DNA of 63,500 nt, filler included, from Chiloscyllium plagiosum (taxonomy: Eukaryota): NCBI RefSeq assembly GCF_004010195.1. It is 7 parts of 7 records of this genome, joined end to end, with 100 filler letters (N's around TTAATTAATTAA, not from the genome) between each part and the next. Parts side by side here need not be neighbours in the genome. Positions count along the whole stretch, not along the records: positions 1 to 11,017 come from NW_025206004.1; 6 more parts are not named here. One strand, written 5' to 3'. The notes under the pieces were generated by a model. It made no database searches, was not told the origin of the DNA, and saw nothing but the letters and a program-made list of their open reading frames with translations. Of the stretch, positions 1 through 11,117 are shown in pieces. The translations under genes and the position numbers were made by a program. How positions within the stretch are numbered: position 1 is the first letter of the stretch; every line of letters begins with the position of its first letter.

Positions 1-455
1 AGATTGTTGATCACACTGAGTGAGGCAGTTTGGTGGAGGTTACAGAGATAGGGAGAGTGGGGGACAGGGAGGGACTTGAGAACAAGGATGAGAATTTGAA
101 AATCGAGGTGTTGCTGGACCAGGAGCCAATGTAGGCACAGGGTGCAGGGGGTTGGGGGAATGGGATTTGGTGTGAGTTTGGATATGGGCAGCAGAATTTG
201 GGATGAGCTGAAGGTTACGGAGGGCAGTGGCTGTGATGTGTGCAAACATTGGTATAGTCATGTTTGAAGTCCCATGGACATGACAGAGATTTTCAGTGGT
301 TGATCTTTGTGATGTGGAGGATATGGGGCTCAGATCAGCCTCAAAGACGAGGCCAAGTTTGTAAAGAGTCTGGTTGAGCAGCAGATAGTGCTCAGGGAGA
401 GGGATGGAGTTTAAACCAGGATCTGAAGGGGATGGCTTTGATCTTCCCAATGTGT
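1..455 (-). mobile_element. Degenerate L2/CR1-group LINE 3' ORF2 fragment
   Basis: Minus-strand peptide LQLIPNSAAHIQTHTKSHSP resembles the LQLIQNxAARxLT..H/SPITP motif at the end of L2-type ORF2. A related fragment lies at about 1810-2275. Boundaries approximate. Confidence 0.5.
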
Positions 456-1039
456 TTCACAGTGAGCCTGGCTCCTCAGTCCTGACTGCTCTTAGCTGCT
501 GTCACTGATTGGACACTTATTATTAGAGAGTCTGACCACAGCAGAAAGCCCCAGTGTAAAAAATAACTGCAAAGACTGTCAGATCGCAAGGTTGAAACTT
601 CACCAAGAGAGGAAGTGAAAGAAGGAGCTCAGAGCAGCTGGACGTTTGTTACTGAGACAGGAAAAAACTGTGAACTGTCTGCACTCCCTGGAATCTGACA
701 GCACAGGAGGCTGGTTCTGGGATTTTTCTTTGCAGAAACAGCACAGTGATGGAAAAAAGGACAGTCACTCTCTCACAAACACACACGCCTGCGCTCGGAG
801 ATCAGAAACAGAATCCAGAAGCAGCTCTGTCTCCAAGCTGTGAAACCTGCACAGAATTGTTCCCTCATTCAGTTTTTAACTGGCAGGATAGACCAAGCAG
901 GGGAGGCAACACAGTGGTGTGTACAGTCAGAAGGGAGTTGCCCTGGGAGTCCTCACCATTAACTATGGAACCCATGAAGCCTCATTACACAGGTCAAACA
1001 TGGGGAAGGAAACCTCCTGCTGATAACTACATAGCACCG

Positions 1040-1400
1040 CCCTCCCCTCCAACCTCAACTGAGCAGTCAGTCCCCCTCCATGTTGAACAACACTTGGAGG
1101 GAGCACTGAGGGTGGGAATGATGCAGGATATACTCTGAGTAAGGGACTTCAATGTCCACCATCAAGACCTGCTCAGAAGCATCACTACTGTGCAAGGTGG
1201 TCAAATTCCACCTGATTCAGCTGCTCGACTGGACCTGGGGCAGGTGGTGAGGGAACCAACAAGAGGGAAAAACATACTCACTATCACCCTCACCAATCTG
1301 CCTGCTGCTGGTGTATCTGTCCATGACAGTATCAGTAAGAGTGACCACCGCACAGTCCGTGTGGAGACAAAATCCCATCTTCACATTGAGATTACCTTAC
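1040..1400 (+). mobile_element. LINE APE-endonuclease fragment
   Basis: Peptide LGQVVREPTRGKNILTITLTN...SDHRTV matches the Q.V.EPTR...LDL...SDH end of the CR1/L2 endonuclease domain. Confidence 0.65.
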
Positions 1401-2342
1401 ATTTTATTGGGCAAGAGATACGGAATCTCAGGAAGGACGTTTTTTTAGCAGCAATTTGTAATGACTTGGAAATTAGTGCCCATTCAGGTGAGGCAGGTGA
1501 AGACACTCAGTGATTGCAATGGCAGATTGGATGGACTCTTGATGGAAATAAACCTGCAAGGCCCTGGGGGTCGAGTAGGGGAGGGGGTGGGACTGACTGG
1601 ATTGCTCCATGAAATGACAGCATTTACACACTTAGTCTCACCTTTACACAAAGACTGGGAGAAACAGACAAACCAGTTTTCTCAAGCAAAACACTCTTGA
1701 ACCAACTCAGGGAACAGGCCAGACTAGATTAACGAGAATAAATCAGCAAATCAATGGTAAGGGAACAGTGAACCAAAAGTGATGGAACTGAACAGCATAT
1801 TCAATACACAAACAACGAGAGGGGGAGGGATGAAGGGCAGGAGGACAGAGAGCACGCAGTAGGGGTCTGAAGGCTCTGCTGTCAATGGTGGGATGGTGGA
1901 AGCAGCAATGGGCAGAAGACCAGAGACAGAAGGTGGAAGGGGGAGGGAGGGAATGTGAGTCTACAGCAGGACACAGAGTGAGGGAGGAGGGAGACCATGG
2001 AGGCAATTGGCTGGCAGTGAGGTCAGATTCTGGAACAACTGTAGTTTTAAGACAGGGAAGGGACCACTCCATATCAGTCAAGTTGGGGTTTATGGAATGT
2101 GGCTTCAGGAAGCTGGGAGAGGACATTGATATCATTGAGTCAGGAGGTGGGACGAGCAGGAATTGGGGTTTCTGTGGTCAAGAGGCTGAGGTAGTGCAGA
2201 GACAAACAATGTTGTTAAGATTGAAATAAGAGACCTACGTGATGGACAGGATGTGGGGTTTGCAGCTCAGATACTGGACAGTCCAATGGGAAGGAGGCCC
2301 ATGTTGACTGGTCCTATGGGAAGGTGCCCCATGTTTATATCA

Positions 2343-3575
2343 TCATAGAGTCATAGAGGTTTACAGCGTGGCAGCAGGCCCTTCAGCTCTACTCATCCAT
2401 GCCGACCAAGTTTCCAAAACTGAACTAGTCCCATTTGCCTGTGTTTGGCCCAATTCTCTCTAAATCCTTCCTATCCATGTTCCTGTAAAAATGTCCTTGA
2501 AATGTAGTAATTGTACTCCCCTCTCCCACTTTCTCTGGCGGCTCATTGCACATACACACCAACCTCTGTGTGAAAAGATTGTCTCTCAGGTCCCTTCTAA
2601 TTCTTTCCCCTCTCAACTTAAACCTATTCCTTCTCGTACTGGACTCTCCTACCCTGGGGAAAAAAAACTTTGGCTATTCACCTTATTTATGACCCTCATG
2701 ATTATAAAATCCTCTATAAGGTCACCCCCCAATCTCCTGCATTCACTGGAAAAATCTCTCGACCTATCCATCCTTGCCTTATAATTCAAACTCACCTACC
2801 TTGGTAACATCCCTGTTAATCTTTCTTTTACCCAAACCAGTGTAATAACCTCCTTCCTATAGCAGGATGAGCAGGAACATGAGCAGTGTCCAAATGTGGC
2901 CTTCCCAATGCCTTGTACAGCTGTAACATGATGTCCCAGCTCCTGTACTCCCTGCTTTGACCAGTGAAGGTGAGCGTGCCAAATACCTTCTTCACCATCC
3001 TGTCTATCTGTGACACCACTTTCAAGGAGCTATGCACCTGTACCCCTCGGTCTCTCTGTTCAACAACACTTCCCATGGCTCTACCATTAATTGTGTAATT
3101 CCTGCCCTGGTTGGTCTTACCAAAATGCAACTCCTTGCATTTATCGAAATAAAGCTCCATCTGGATTTGTTGACCCACTGGCCCAGATGATGAAGATGAC
3201 ATTGCACTCTGAGATAACCTTCTTCCCTGTCCACGATGCCAACAATTTTAATGTCAGCCACAAACTTACTGACCATTCCTGCTATTTTCTCATCCAAATT
3301 GTTCATATAAATGATGAACAACAGTGGATCCAGGATTGATTCATGTTGCAGACAACTGGTCACTGGCCTCCAGTCTTAAGAACAACCCTCTCTCACCAAC
3401 CTCTGCCTCCTACCATCAGACCCATTTTATACCCAATTGGTTCGCTTTCCCTGGATCCTCTGTGACATAATCTTACTAAGCAGTCTACAATGGGGAACCT
3501 TGACTAAGGCCTTGCTAAAGTCCATGTCGATGATGTGTACTGATCTTTCTTAATCTATCTATTTCTTCAAAAACT
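2343..3575 (-). mobile_element. CR1-type LINE 3' part (reverse transcriptase and 3' tail), degenerate
   Basis: Minus-strand ORFs contain SILDPLLFIIYMNNLD, SKFVADIKIVG (FADD-like), QMELYFDKCKELHFGK and NLFTQRLVCMCNEPP. The 3' end has a (CTATGA) tail. It interrupts the tandem array at about 2275-2340 / 3590-3870. Confidence 0.85.
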
Positions 3576-3589
3576 CAACTGTCCACTTG

Positions 3590-3870
3590 TCTCCATTAGA
3601 AGGACAAGTGAATAGGAGGCCCACATTTACTGGTCTTCTTGGAGTATCCAGTCAGAAGGAGGTCCATGTTTACTGATCTCCTTTGGAGAGTCCATTAGGA
3701 AGGAGGCCAACATTTACTGGTCTTTATTGGAGGCTCAAGCAGGAACGATGCCCATGTTTACTGGTCTCTATTGGGAGCTTCAGTGGGAAGGAGGCCCATG
3801 TCTCTCCATGGGGCACTCTCGTGAACTGACGTCCATGTTTACTGGACTCTGTTGGAGAGTTCAGTGCATC
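3590..3870 (+). repeat. Degenerate ~41-nt tandem repeat (GGAAGGAGGCCCATGTTTACTGGTCTC-like units)
   Basis: About six diverged units are visible here, and two more at about 2275-2340 on the other side of the CR1 insertion. Confidence 0.65.
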
Positions 3871-5792
3871 GTGGACACCATGGTGGGTATGGGGTTCAGT
3901 TCCTTTCTGTTGTAAATGTGTGATGGTCCAACCCTCATCCCAGTAAAACACCCAGAACCTGACCATGGAAGGGGTAGGAGAGGGGAAGGGATTGGAACAT
4001 GTTGTGAATGGACAGGATGGGTCAGTGGGTCAGAGCCTGTACTGTCCCTCCAGCTCACACTGATGGCCTGAGGATCTCCTCTCTCTACTGGGCCTTCATG
4101 GAATGAGGTTTGTGTCCAAACCAGTCCCCAGTGAGAATAGGCCAACAGCACAGAACTGCCCTTCATTTAACAAGAATCTGTCCATCTTCCTGAGAGAGGC
4201 NNNNNNNNNNNNNNNNNNNNNNNNNNNNNNNNNNNNNNNNNNNNNNNNNNNNNNNNNNNNNNNNNNNNNNNNNNNNNNNNNNNNNNNNNNNNNNNNNNNN
4301 NNNNNNNNNNNNNNNNNNNNNNNNNNNNNNNNNNNNNNNNNNNNNNNNNNNNNNNNNNNNNNNNNNNNNNNNNNNNNNNNNNNNNNNNNNNNNNNNNNNN
4401 NNNNNNNNNNNNNNNNNNNNNNNNNNNNNNNNNNNNNNNNNNNNNNNNNNNNNNNNNNNNNNNNNNNNNNNNNNNNNNNNNNNNNNNNNNNNNNNNNNNN
4501 NNNNNNNNNNNNNNNNNNNNNNNNNNNNNNNNNNNNNNNNNNNNNNNNNNNNNNNNNNNNNNNNNNNNNNNNNNNNNNNNNNNNNNNNNNNNNNNNNNNN
4601 NNNNNNNNNNNNNNNNNNNNNNNNNNNNNNNNNNNNNNNNNNNNNNNNNNNNNNNNNNNNNNNNNNNNNNNNNNNNNNNNNNNNNNNNNNNNNNNNNNNN
4701 NNNNNNNNNNNNNNNNNNNNNNNNNNNNNNNNNNNNNNNNNNNNNNNNNNNNNNNNNNNNNNNNNNNNNNNNNNNNNNNNNNNNNNNNNNNNNNNNNNNN
4801 NNNNNNNNNNNNNNNNNNNNNNNNNNNNNNNNNNNNNNNNNNNNNNNNNNNNNNNNNNNNNNNNNNNNNNNNNNNNNNNNNNNNNNNNNNNNNNNNNNNN
4901 NNNNNNNNNNNNNNNNNNNNNNNNNNNNNNNNNNNNNNNNNNNNNNNNNNNNNNNNNNNNNNNNNNNNNNNNNNNNNNNNNNNNNNNNNNNNNNNNNNNN
5001 NNNNNNNNNNNNNNNNNNNNNNNNNNNNNNNNNAGGAAGGCACTTTATACACGAGTAAAGGGCTCAATAACCAGGGACAGAGATTGAAGGTAACACAGAC
5101 ATGGACACATAGAAACTCGGAGCTGGAGCAGGCCATTCAGCCCTTTGAGTCTTGTGTGTCATTCAGTATGATCATGGCTGACCCTCTCTCTCAATGCTAT
5201 GTTCCTGCTTTCTCCCCATTTCCTTCATGCTGTTAAAATGCAAAACAACTCTTTTTTTTCTTGAACATATTCAGTTCCTTATCCTCCACAGCCGTTTGTG
5301 GTGGAGAATTCATCAGGTTGACCATCCTCTGAGTGAAGAAATGTTTCCTCATCTCAGTACTAAACGGTCTACTCAGTATCTCCCTGAGACTGCATCCCCT
5401 GGTTCCAGACTCCCCAACCAGGGGAAACCTCCTCCCTGCCCAGCCCTGTTAGAATTTTATATGTTTCAATCAGATCCCATCTCATCCTTCTAAACTCGAG
5501 TGAATTCAGGCCCAGTTGAGTTGCAGAGTGAGAGGAGAATTGAGGAGAAATGTTTTCACCCAGAGGGTGGTGGGAGTCTGGAACTCACTGCCTGAAAGGC
5601 TGGTTGAGTCACAAACTCTCATAACATTGGAGCAGTGTTTAGATATTCCCTGGTGTTGCTGTAGCCTCCAGGGTAATGGGCCAAGAGCTGGAGGATGGCA
5701 CAGATACAATGGGCCATATGGCCTCATTCAGTGCTGTTCACATCAATCACTCTCTGAGACAAAGAGAGAGGGAGAGGAGGAAGTATGAGGGG

Positions 5793-5873
5793 CTGACGTG
5801 GCTCTCTCTGCCTGATTCCATTTATATACTGAGGAACACCCAGTCAGACTCTCACAGGCTGCAGCTTTATAAA
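5793..5873 (+). promoter_or_regulatory. Putative Ig light-chain V promoter (TATA box, degenerate octamer, CRE-like half site)
   Basis: TATAAA at 5868-5873 lies about 60 nt upstream of the leader ATG. ATTTATAT at 5820-5827 is a 6/8 match to the octamer ATTTGCAT, about 40 nt above the TATA. TGACGT is at about 5794. Confidence 0.5.
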
Positions 5874-5933
5874 GCAAAGCCCAGTGAAGGGAGAGTTTAT
5901 CAGGAACCAGGCACAGGGATAGGAGTACACACC

Positions 5934-5975
5934 ATGATTTCACACATCCAGCTGATCTGGCATTCTGTGTCGCAG
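5934..5975 (+). pseudogene. IGKV: Ig kappa-type (NS4) light-chain leader exon, frameshifted
   Basis: ATG at 5934 gives MISHIQLIW. The AFCVA(G) half of the leader is in another frame before the CAG/GTACA donor. The exon is 42 nt (phase 0) but the V exon needs phase 1. Confidence 0.85.
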
Positions 5976-6161
5976 GTACAAATCTTTCTCCTTCCACCTT
6001 GAATCTTTAGCTGCTCTCCATTTCACTCCAATTCCATTGACTTGTGATTGAAGGAAAAATGCTGAAACCAGAGGAATGCTCAGTGTCTCCAACAATCTCT
6101 CATTTGACAGGCTCTTTCTGTGACAGTTCTGACTTCACTGTGTTTCTCTCTGACCCCTCAG

Positions 6162-6403
6162 GTATCAGTGGGGACATTCACTGTACGGCCAGTCAAAGCA
6201 TTAGCAGCTACCTTGCTTGGTACCAGCAGCGAGAAGGTCAGAAACCCTCTCTCCTGATCTAAAGTGCAACAACTCGATTCACAGGAGTCTCCAATCGATT
6301 CACCGGCAGTGGATCAGGAACCAGTTTCACCCTGACAATCAGCAACGTTCAGAATGAGGATGTCGCTGACTATTACTGTCAGCAGCATTACAGCAACCCT
6401 CGA
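6162..6403 (+). pseudogene. IGKV: Ig kappa-type (NS4) light-chain V segment pseudogene
   Basis: After the acceptor ctcag it reads [80 protein letters not shown]. Most of FR1 is missing (the first Cys is at mature position 4 rather than 23). There is an in-frame TAA at 6260-6262. Confidence 0.95.
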
Positions 6404-6431
6404 CACAGTGATACAGATCCGTACAAAAACC
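6404..6431 (+). other. V 12-RSS (perfect consensus)
   Basis: CACAGTG (6404-6410), a 12-nt spacer ATACAGATCCGT, and ACAAAAACC (6423-6431). A 12-spacer on V is the kappa-type configuration. Confidence 0.97.
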
Positions 6432-6859
6432 TCAATGTGCACAGCACCACCTCCTGTACTGATACATCCCAGAGTAATATAAAATGTATAATACTCGACA
6501 CACACAGTCCCACCACCTGAACTGACATATCCAACAGTTAGATATAAATGAAACTGAGCAAATTACCCCATGCTGGGATTGTCACTGTCCACGACACACT
6601 CCAGTCCCTGTGGTGTCCACCGCTCACTGAAGGCCTCACATTTCCCTCTTACATTCTATGGCCACATGTGAAGTGCAGCTGCAAGATTTAACATCAAATT
6701 TCACAACTCTCCCAAGCCCAGCTGCACACAACCCAGAGAGACAGAGACAGAGACACAAAGACACATGAATGAGGGAAAGACAGAGAGGGGCAGAAAGAGG
6801 GTGAGAGTGAATGAGAGACTGGGAGAGGTTGAGAGTGATGGGGGGAAGCAGAGAGCAGA

Positions 6860-6895
6860 GGTTTTTGTACAGCCTTTCCACTAGCTCTCACTGTG
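6860..6895 (-). other. J RSS with shortened (20-nt) spacer
   Basis: GGTTTTTGT (6860-6868), a 20-nt spacer, and CACTGTG (6889-6895). The expected spacer is 23+/-1 nt. Confidence 0.92.
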
Positions 6896-6930
6896 GCTTA
6901 CGTTCAGTAAAGGAACCAAGCTCAGACTGA
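6896..6930 (+). pseudogene. IGKJ: Ig kappa-type J segment (FGxG motif altered to FSKG)
   Basis: It reads LTFSKGTKLRL and is followed by a GTAAGT donor at 6931. The phase-1 end is compatible with the CL exons (A|GC CGT = S-R). Confidence 0.92.
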
Positions 6931-7344
6931 GTAAGTTAACCTCAATCCTCCGTTATTAACCCTGTCAATACTGAAACACAATTTCTAAAATACAGTTGCT
7001 GAATTGTTGAAGGTGTTAGTGGGGAGCTGCAGTGAATGAAATGGTTGATTGAGGAGCACTGTGTCTAACAGGATGTCCAGCTGTATTTCTTTAGTTCCAT
7101 TGCTCCCTTTAGGATGTCCAGCTGTATTTCTTTAGTTCCATTGCTCCCTTTAACAAACAAGATATAAGTCAGTTAGTTTTATTCACCGTGTGGAGGAGCT
7201 CTGTCCATTTGCAGCCTATGGTCCCATTCCTGCAGCATGGAGTGAAATCAGTGAGTAGCCTCCTGCCAGTCTCAGTGTGACAGACACGGGCAGAGTTTGA
7301 TGTGAGGTCTGGCTCTCTGTCCCAGTCTCTGATCTCACTGACCT

Positions 7345-7383
<39 letters not shown>
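7345..7383 (+). repeat. (CAG)13 microsatellite downstream of J
   Basis: Thirteen perfect CAG units, directly followed by CACAGTG. Confidence 0.95.
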
Positions 7384-7385
<2 letters not shown>

Positions 7386-8169
7386 CAGTGAGACACCGAG
7401 CTCCCACCTCCCCCAGCTTTAACTCTGCTCAATCACACAATCACAGAATTGTTTTTTATTTTGATTANNNNAATTCACTGAGTGTCATTCTCTGCCTTCT
7501 CCCTGTCACCCTGCACATTGTTCCTTTTCAAATAACACTCTCATTCCCTTCGGAATATTTCAATTGAAGCTGCCTCCACCACACTCTCAGGCAGTGCATT
7601 CCATACCTTAACCACCCACTGGCTGAAAATGCTTTTCCCTCGTCTCACTTTTGCTTCTTTTACCAATTATTTTCAATCCATGGCCTCTCCCCCTCAATTC
7701 TTTCTCAGGTGGGAACTTTTCTCCTGGTTTACTCTGTTCAGACCCCTCCTGATTTTGAATTTCTCGATCAAATCTCCTCTCTGCCTTCTCTTCTCTGAGG
7801 AAGACAGTCCCAACTTCTTCAGTCTATCTTCATAACTAACATCCCTCATCCTCGATGGGTCAAATAGCCCACTCCTGCTCCTATTTCTCATGTTCTTATT
7901 ATCTTAACTTCCTATGTGAGAGACACACTCTTATTATCTTAACTTCCTATGTGAGAGACACACATCAGATTCCCACTTAACACTCTGTGGCTGTACCTTC
8001 CCAGTCTTATTCCCAACACTCCGTGCAGTCCCACCCTTACACAGTGACCCTGATTTAGAATTTATTACTCTCTCTCCCTCACTCTGAAACTGGGTCAGAA
8101 GTTCTATTCCTTATTCTGGTGCTATCTATCTCTCCCAGGGGTCTGTGCACCTCTGTGTTCCTCTCTGGT

Positions 8170-9170
8170 ATTACCTCTTGGCTCCCACAGCCCAGCCAAG
8201 TTAGTTTAAACCCTCTTCAGCAGCACTAGTAAATCACCCCAAAGAAACTCAGTCCCAGGTCTGTTCAGGAGCAACCCGTCTGGTCTGTACATGTCCATCT
8301 CCCCCCAAAGCCAGTCCCAATGTTAAAATAATTGAAAGACCTTCCTCCTGGACTGTCTTTTCAGTTCCACAGTCACCTGTGCTATCCTCCTCTTTCTATT
8401 CTTACTTGTGTGGGGCACTGGGGGTAATCTTGGAGATTCCTCCTTTTGAGTTCCTGCTGCTAATTCCCTCTGGAACTCCCTAAATTCTGACTGGAGGACC
8501 ACATCCCTTTTCTCCCGCTGTCACTGGGACCGATGTGGACCACGACTGCTGCCTGTTCCCCCTCTCCCCTCAGGGTGCTCTGCAGCTGCTCAGTGACAGC
8601 CTTGACCCTGGCACCAGGGAGACAACACACCATCCTGGATTCCCATCTGCAGCTGCAGAAACACCTATCGATTGCCCTCACTCTCGAATCTCCCCTCACT
8701 ATCGCTCTTCCAGTCTTCCTTGTGCCATCCTGGACAGCTGAGCCCCCCATGGTGCCAGGGACTTGGCTCTGGCTGCACTCCCCAGATGAACCATCATTCT
8801 CATCAGGAATCCAAACTGAATCCTGGTTGGACAGTGGGATGCGCTCATGGGCTTCCTGTATGAGCTGCCTGATCCTTTTGGACTGTCTGCTACTCCCCCA
8901 TTCCCTCTCTCCCTGCATACTCTGAAGCTGCATAGTGACCACATCTAGAAATGTGCTCTCCACGGAGCTCTCAGCCTCACGGACGCTCCGCACTGACACC
9001 AGCTGCTGCTCAAGCTCCAAAACCCGGAGTTCCAACTACAGTCACTGACCACACTTCCTGTGCTCATGGTATTCCAGGAAGCAGGACAAGCAGTTCCCTC
9101 ATGCAACCTGATGTACACTCTCACCACTCCCTGATTATCTTTTGTCAAAGTACTTTTGAGAAATAGCAAC
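8170..9170 (-). mobile_element. CR1 LINE ORF1 remnant (coiled coil and SGNH esterase-like domain)
   Basis: ORF 8460-9035 has LELRVLELEQQL, then AIVRGDSRVR...MVCCLPGARVK...VVVHIGPSD. These are the GDS / PGA / HxGxND motifs of CR1 ORF1. Confidence 0.85.
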
Positions 9171-9789
9171 AGCAGGGCTCACAGTCCAATCCTTTCAATG
9201 TCCATAGAATCATAGAATTCCTACAGTATGGAAACAGGCCATTTGGTCCAACAAGTCCACACTGACCCTCCGAACAGTAACCCACCCAGACCCATTCCCC
9301 TACCTTTTTAACCTACATTTACACCTGACTAATGTACCTAACCGACAAAATGGGCAATTTAGCATGGCCAATTCACCGAACCTGCACAGCTTTGGACTGT
9401 GAGAGGAAACCACAGCACCCAGAGGAAACCCACGCAGTCACAGGGAGAACATGCAAACNNNNNNNNNNNNNNNNNNNNNNNNNNNNNNNNNNNNNNNNNN
9501 NNNNNNNNNNNNNNNNNNNNNNNNNNNNNNNNNNNNNNNNNNNNNNNNNNNNNNNNNNNNNNNNNNNNNNNNNNNNNNNNNNNNNNNNNNNNNNNNNNNN
9601 NNNNNNNNNNNNNNNNNNNNNNNNNNNNNNNNNNNNNNNNNNNNNNNNNNNNNNNNNNNNNNNNNNNNNNNNNNNNNNNNNNNNNNNNNNNNNNNNNNNN
9701 NNNNNNNNNNNNNNNNNNNNNNNNNNNNNNNNNNNNNNNNNNNNNNNNNNNNNNNNNNNNNNNNNNNNNNNNNNNNNNNNNNNNNNNAA

Positions 9790-11017
9790 CACAATTGTAT
9801 ACAGATCCAGAATCCTCAACCACTCTTTATATTCCCAGGATCATTCTTATTCTTTCTCACTTTTTCCTCTGGACCCTCTCCAATGACAGCACATCCTTCC
9901 TTAATAAGGAGCCCAAAATTCCAAATCTGGTCTGATCAGAGACTTATACAAACTCAGCAATACACCTTTGACGTTAAAGTTAATGCTAAGATTGTAATTG
10001 CCTTTCAAACTGCCAATGGTGAACCTGCACGTTAACCTTCAGAGAAACCTGAGCAAGGACTCCCAATTCTCTTTGTGCTTCAGATTTCTGAAATCTTTCC
10101 TCACTTAGAAAACAGTCTGTGCCTCTATTCTTCCCACCAATGTATCTAGCCTCACAAGTTCCCGCATTGTACTCCATCTGCCACTTCTTTGCACATTCTC
10201 CTGGCCTGACCAAGTCCTTCTGCAATCTCCCCCACTTCCTCAACTCCACTCGTCCTTTCACCAATTTTTGTGTCATCTACGAACATATGAACAATATCTT
10301 CAGCTCCTTATCCAGATTGTTAATAGATAATGTGACTAGTTGTGGTCCCAACACAGATCCCTGTGGATCGCCACAAAGCACCAACTGCCATTCAGAAAAA
10401 AAATCCCTTTGTCCCTACTCTCGTCTTTGTGCCGGTCAGCCAATCCACTACTCACCACAGTGCCTTGCTCCTGACAACATGGGCTCTGATTTGACTTTTC
10501 ATTCTCCTTTATTGTACCCTGTCAAAGGCCTTGTGGAAATCCAAATGGATCACATCCACTGGCTCTCCTTTGTCTAACTCACTTGTGACCTCCTCAAAGA
10601 TTTCTAACAGATTTGTCAGGCATGCCTCCCTTTGATGAAGCTGTGCTGACTCAGCCCAATTTTACATGCTCTTCCAAATACCTGCAAATTCAACCTTAAG
10701 TAGACCTCTAAAATCTTACCAATGACCGAGGTCAGGCTAACGAGCTTATAATGTCCCATCTCTGCCTCCCGCCTTTCTTAAACAGGGATGTTACATTCAC
10801 TATTTTCCAGTCTTCTGGGACCACTCCTGACTCCAGTGATTTCTGAAAGATCACAGCCAATGGCCCGACAATTACCTTAGCTATCTCCATCAGAACTCTG
10901 GGGTGTAGTCCATCGGGTCTGAATGATTTATCCACCTTCAGACCTTTCAGCTGCCTCAACCCCTCCACCTTAGTGATGCCCTCCCCACTCACTTCTGCTC
11001 CCAACTTTCTTGAAGGT
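9790..11017 (-). mobile_element. CR1 LINE ORF2 (RT) fragment
   Basis: Peptides LKVDKSFRPDGLHPRVLMEIA...PEDWKIVNVTSLFKKG and LQKDLVR...WQMEYN. Further endonuclease-region pieces lie at about 11550-12470 across the spacer. Confidence 0.85.
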
Positions 11018-11117
11018 NNNNNNNNNNNNNNNNNNNNNNNNNNNNNNNNNNNNNNNNNNNNTTAATTAATTAANNNNNNNNNNNNNNNNNNNNNNNNNNN
11101 NNNNNNNNNNNNNNNNN
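11018..11117. other. Artificial contig spacer N44-TTAATTAATTAA-N44 (first of six)
   Basis: Identical 100-nt spacers occur at 11018-11117, 16273-16372, 18830-18929, 43731-43830, 46442-46541 and 57034-57133. The 12-mer gives stop codons in all six frames. Confidence 0.97.

Noticed and set aside
4096-5236. Long ORFs running through N blocks (also near 9400, 12000, 25000, 36000, 37500 and 51000)
   Set aside because: They are open only because N codons are not stops.
7057-7063. Second J segment at CACTGTG
   Set aside because: There is no nonamer at 12 or 23 spacing and no FGxG motif after it.
7169-7432. Poly-Ala / poly-Leu ORFs resembling a signal peptide
   Set aside because: They are translations of the (CAG)13 microsatellite, with no supporting exon structure.
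11062-11073. TTAATTAATTAA recurring six times, as a biological motif or CRISPR-like repeat
   Set aside because: It is always centred in exactly 44+44 Ns, so it is an assembly linker.
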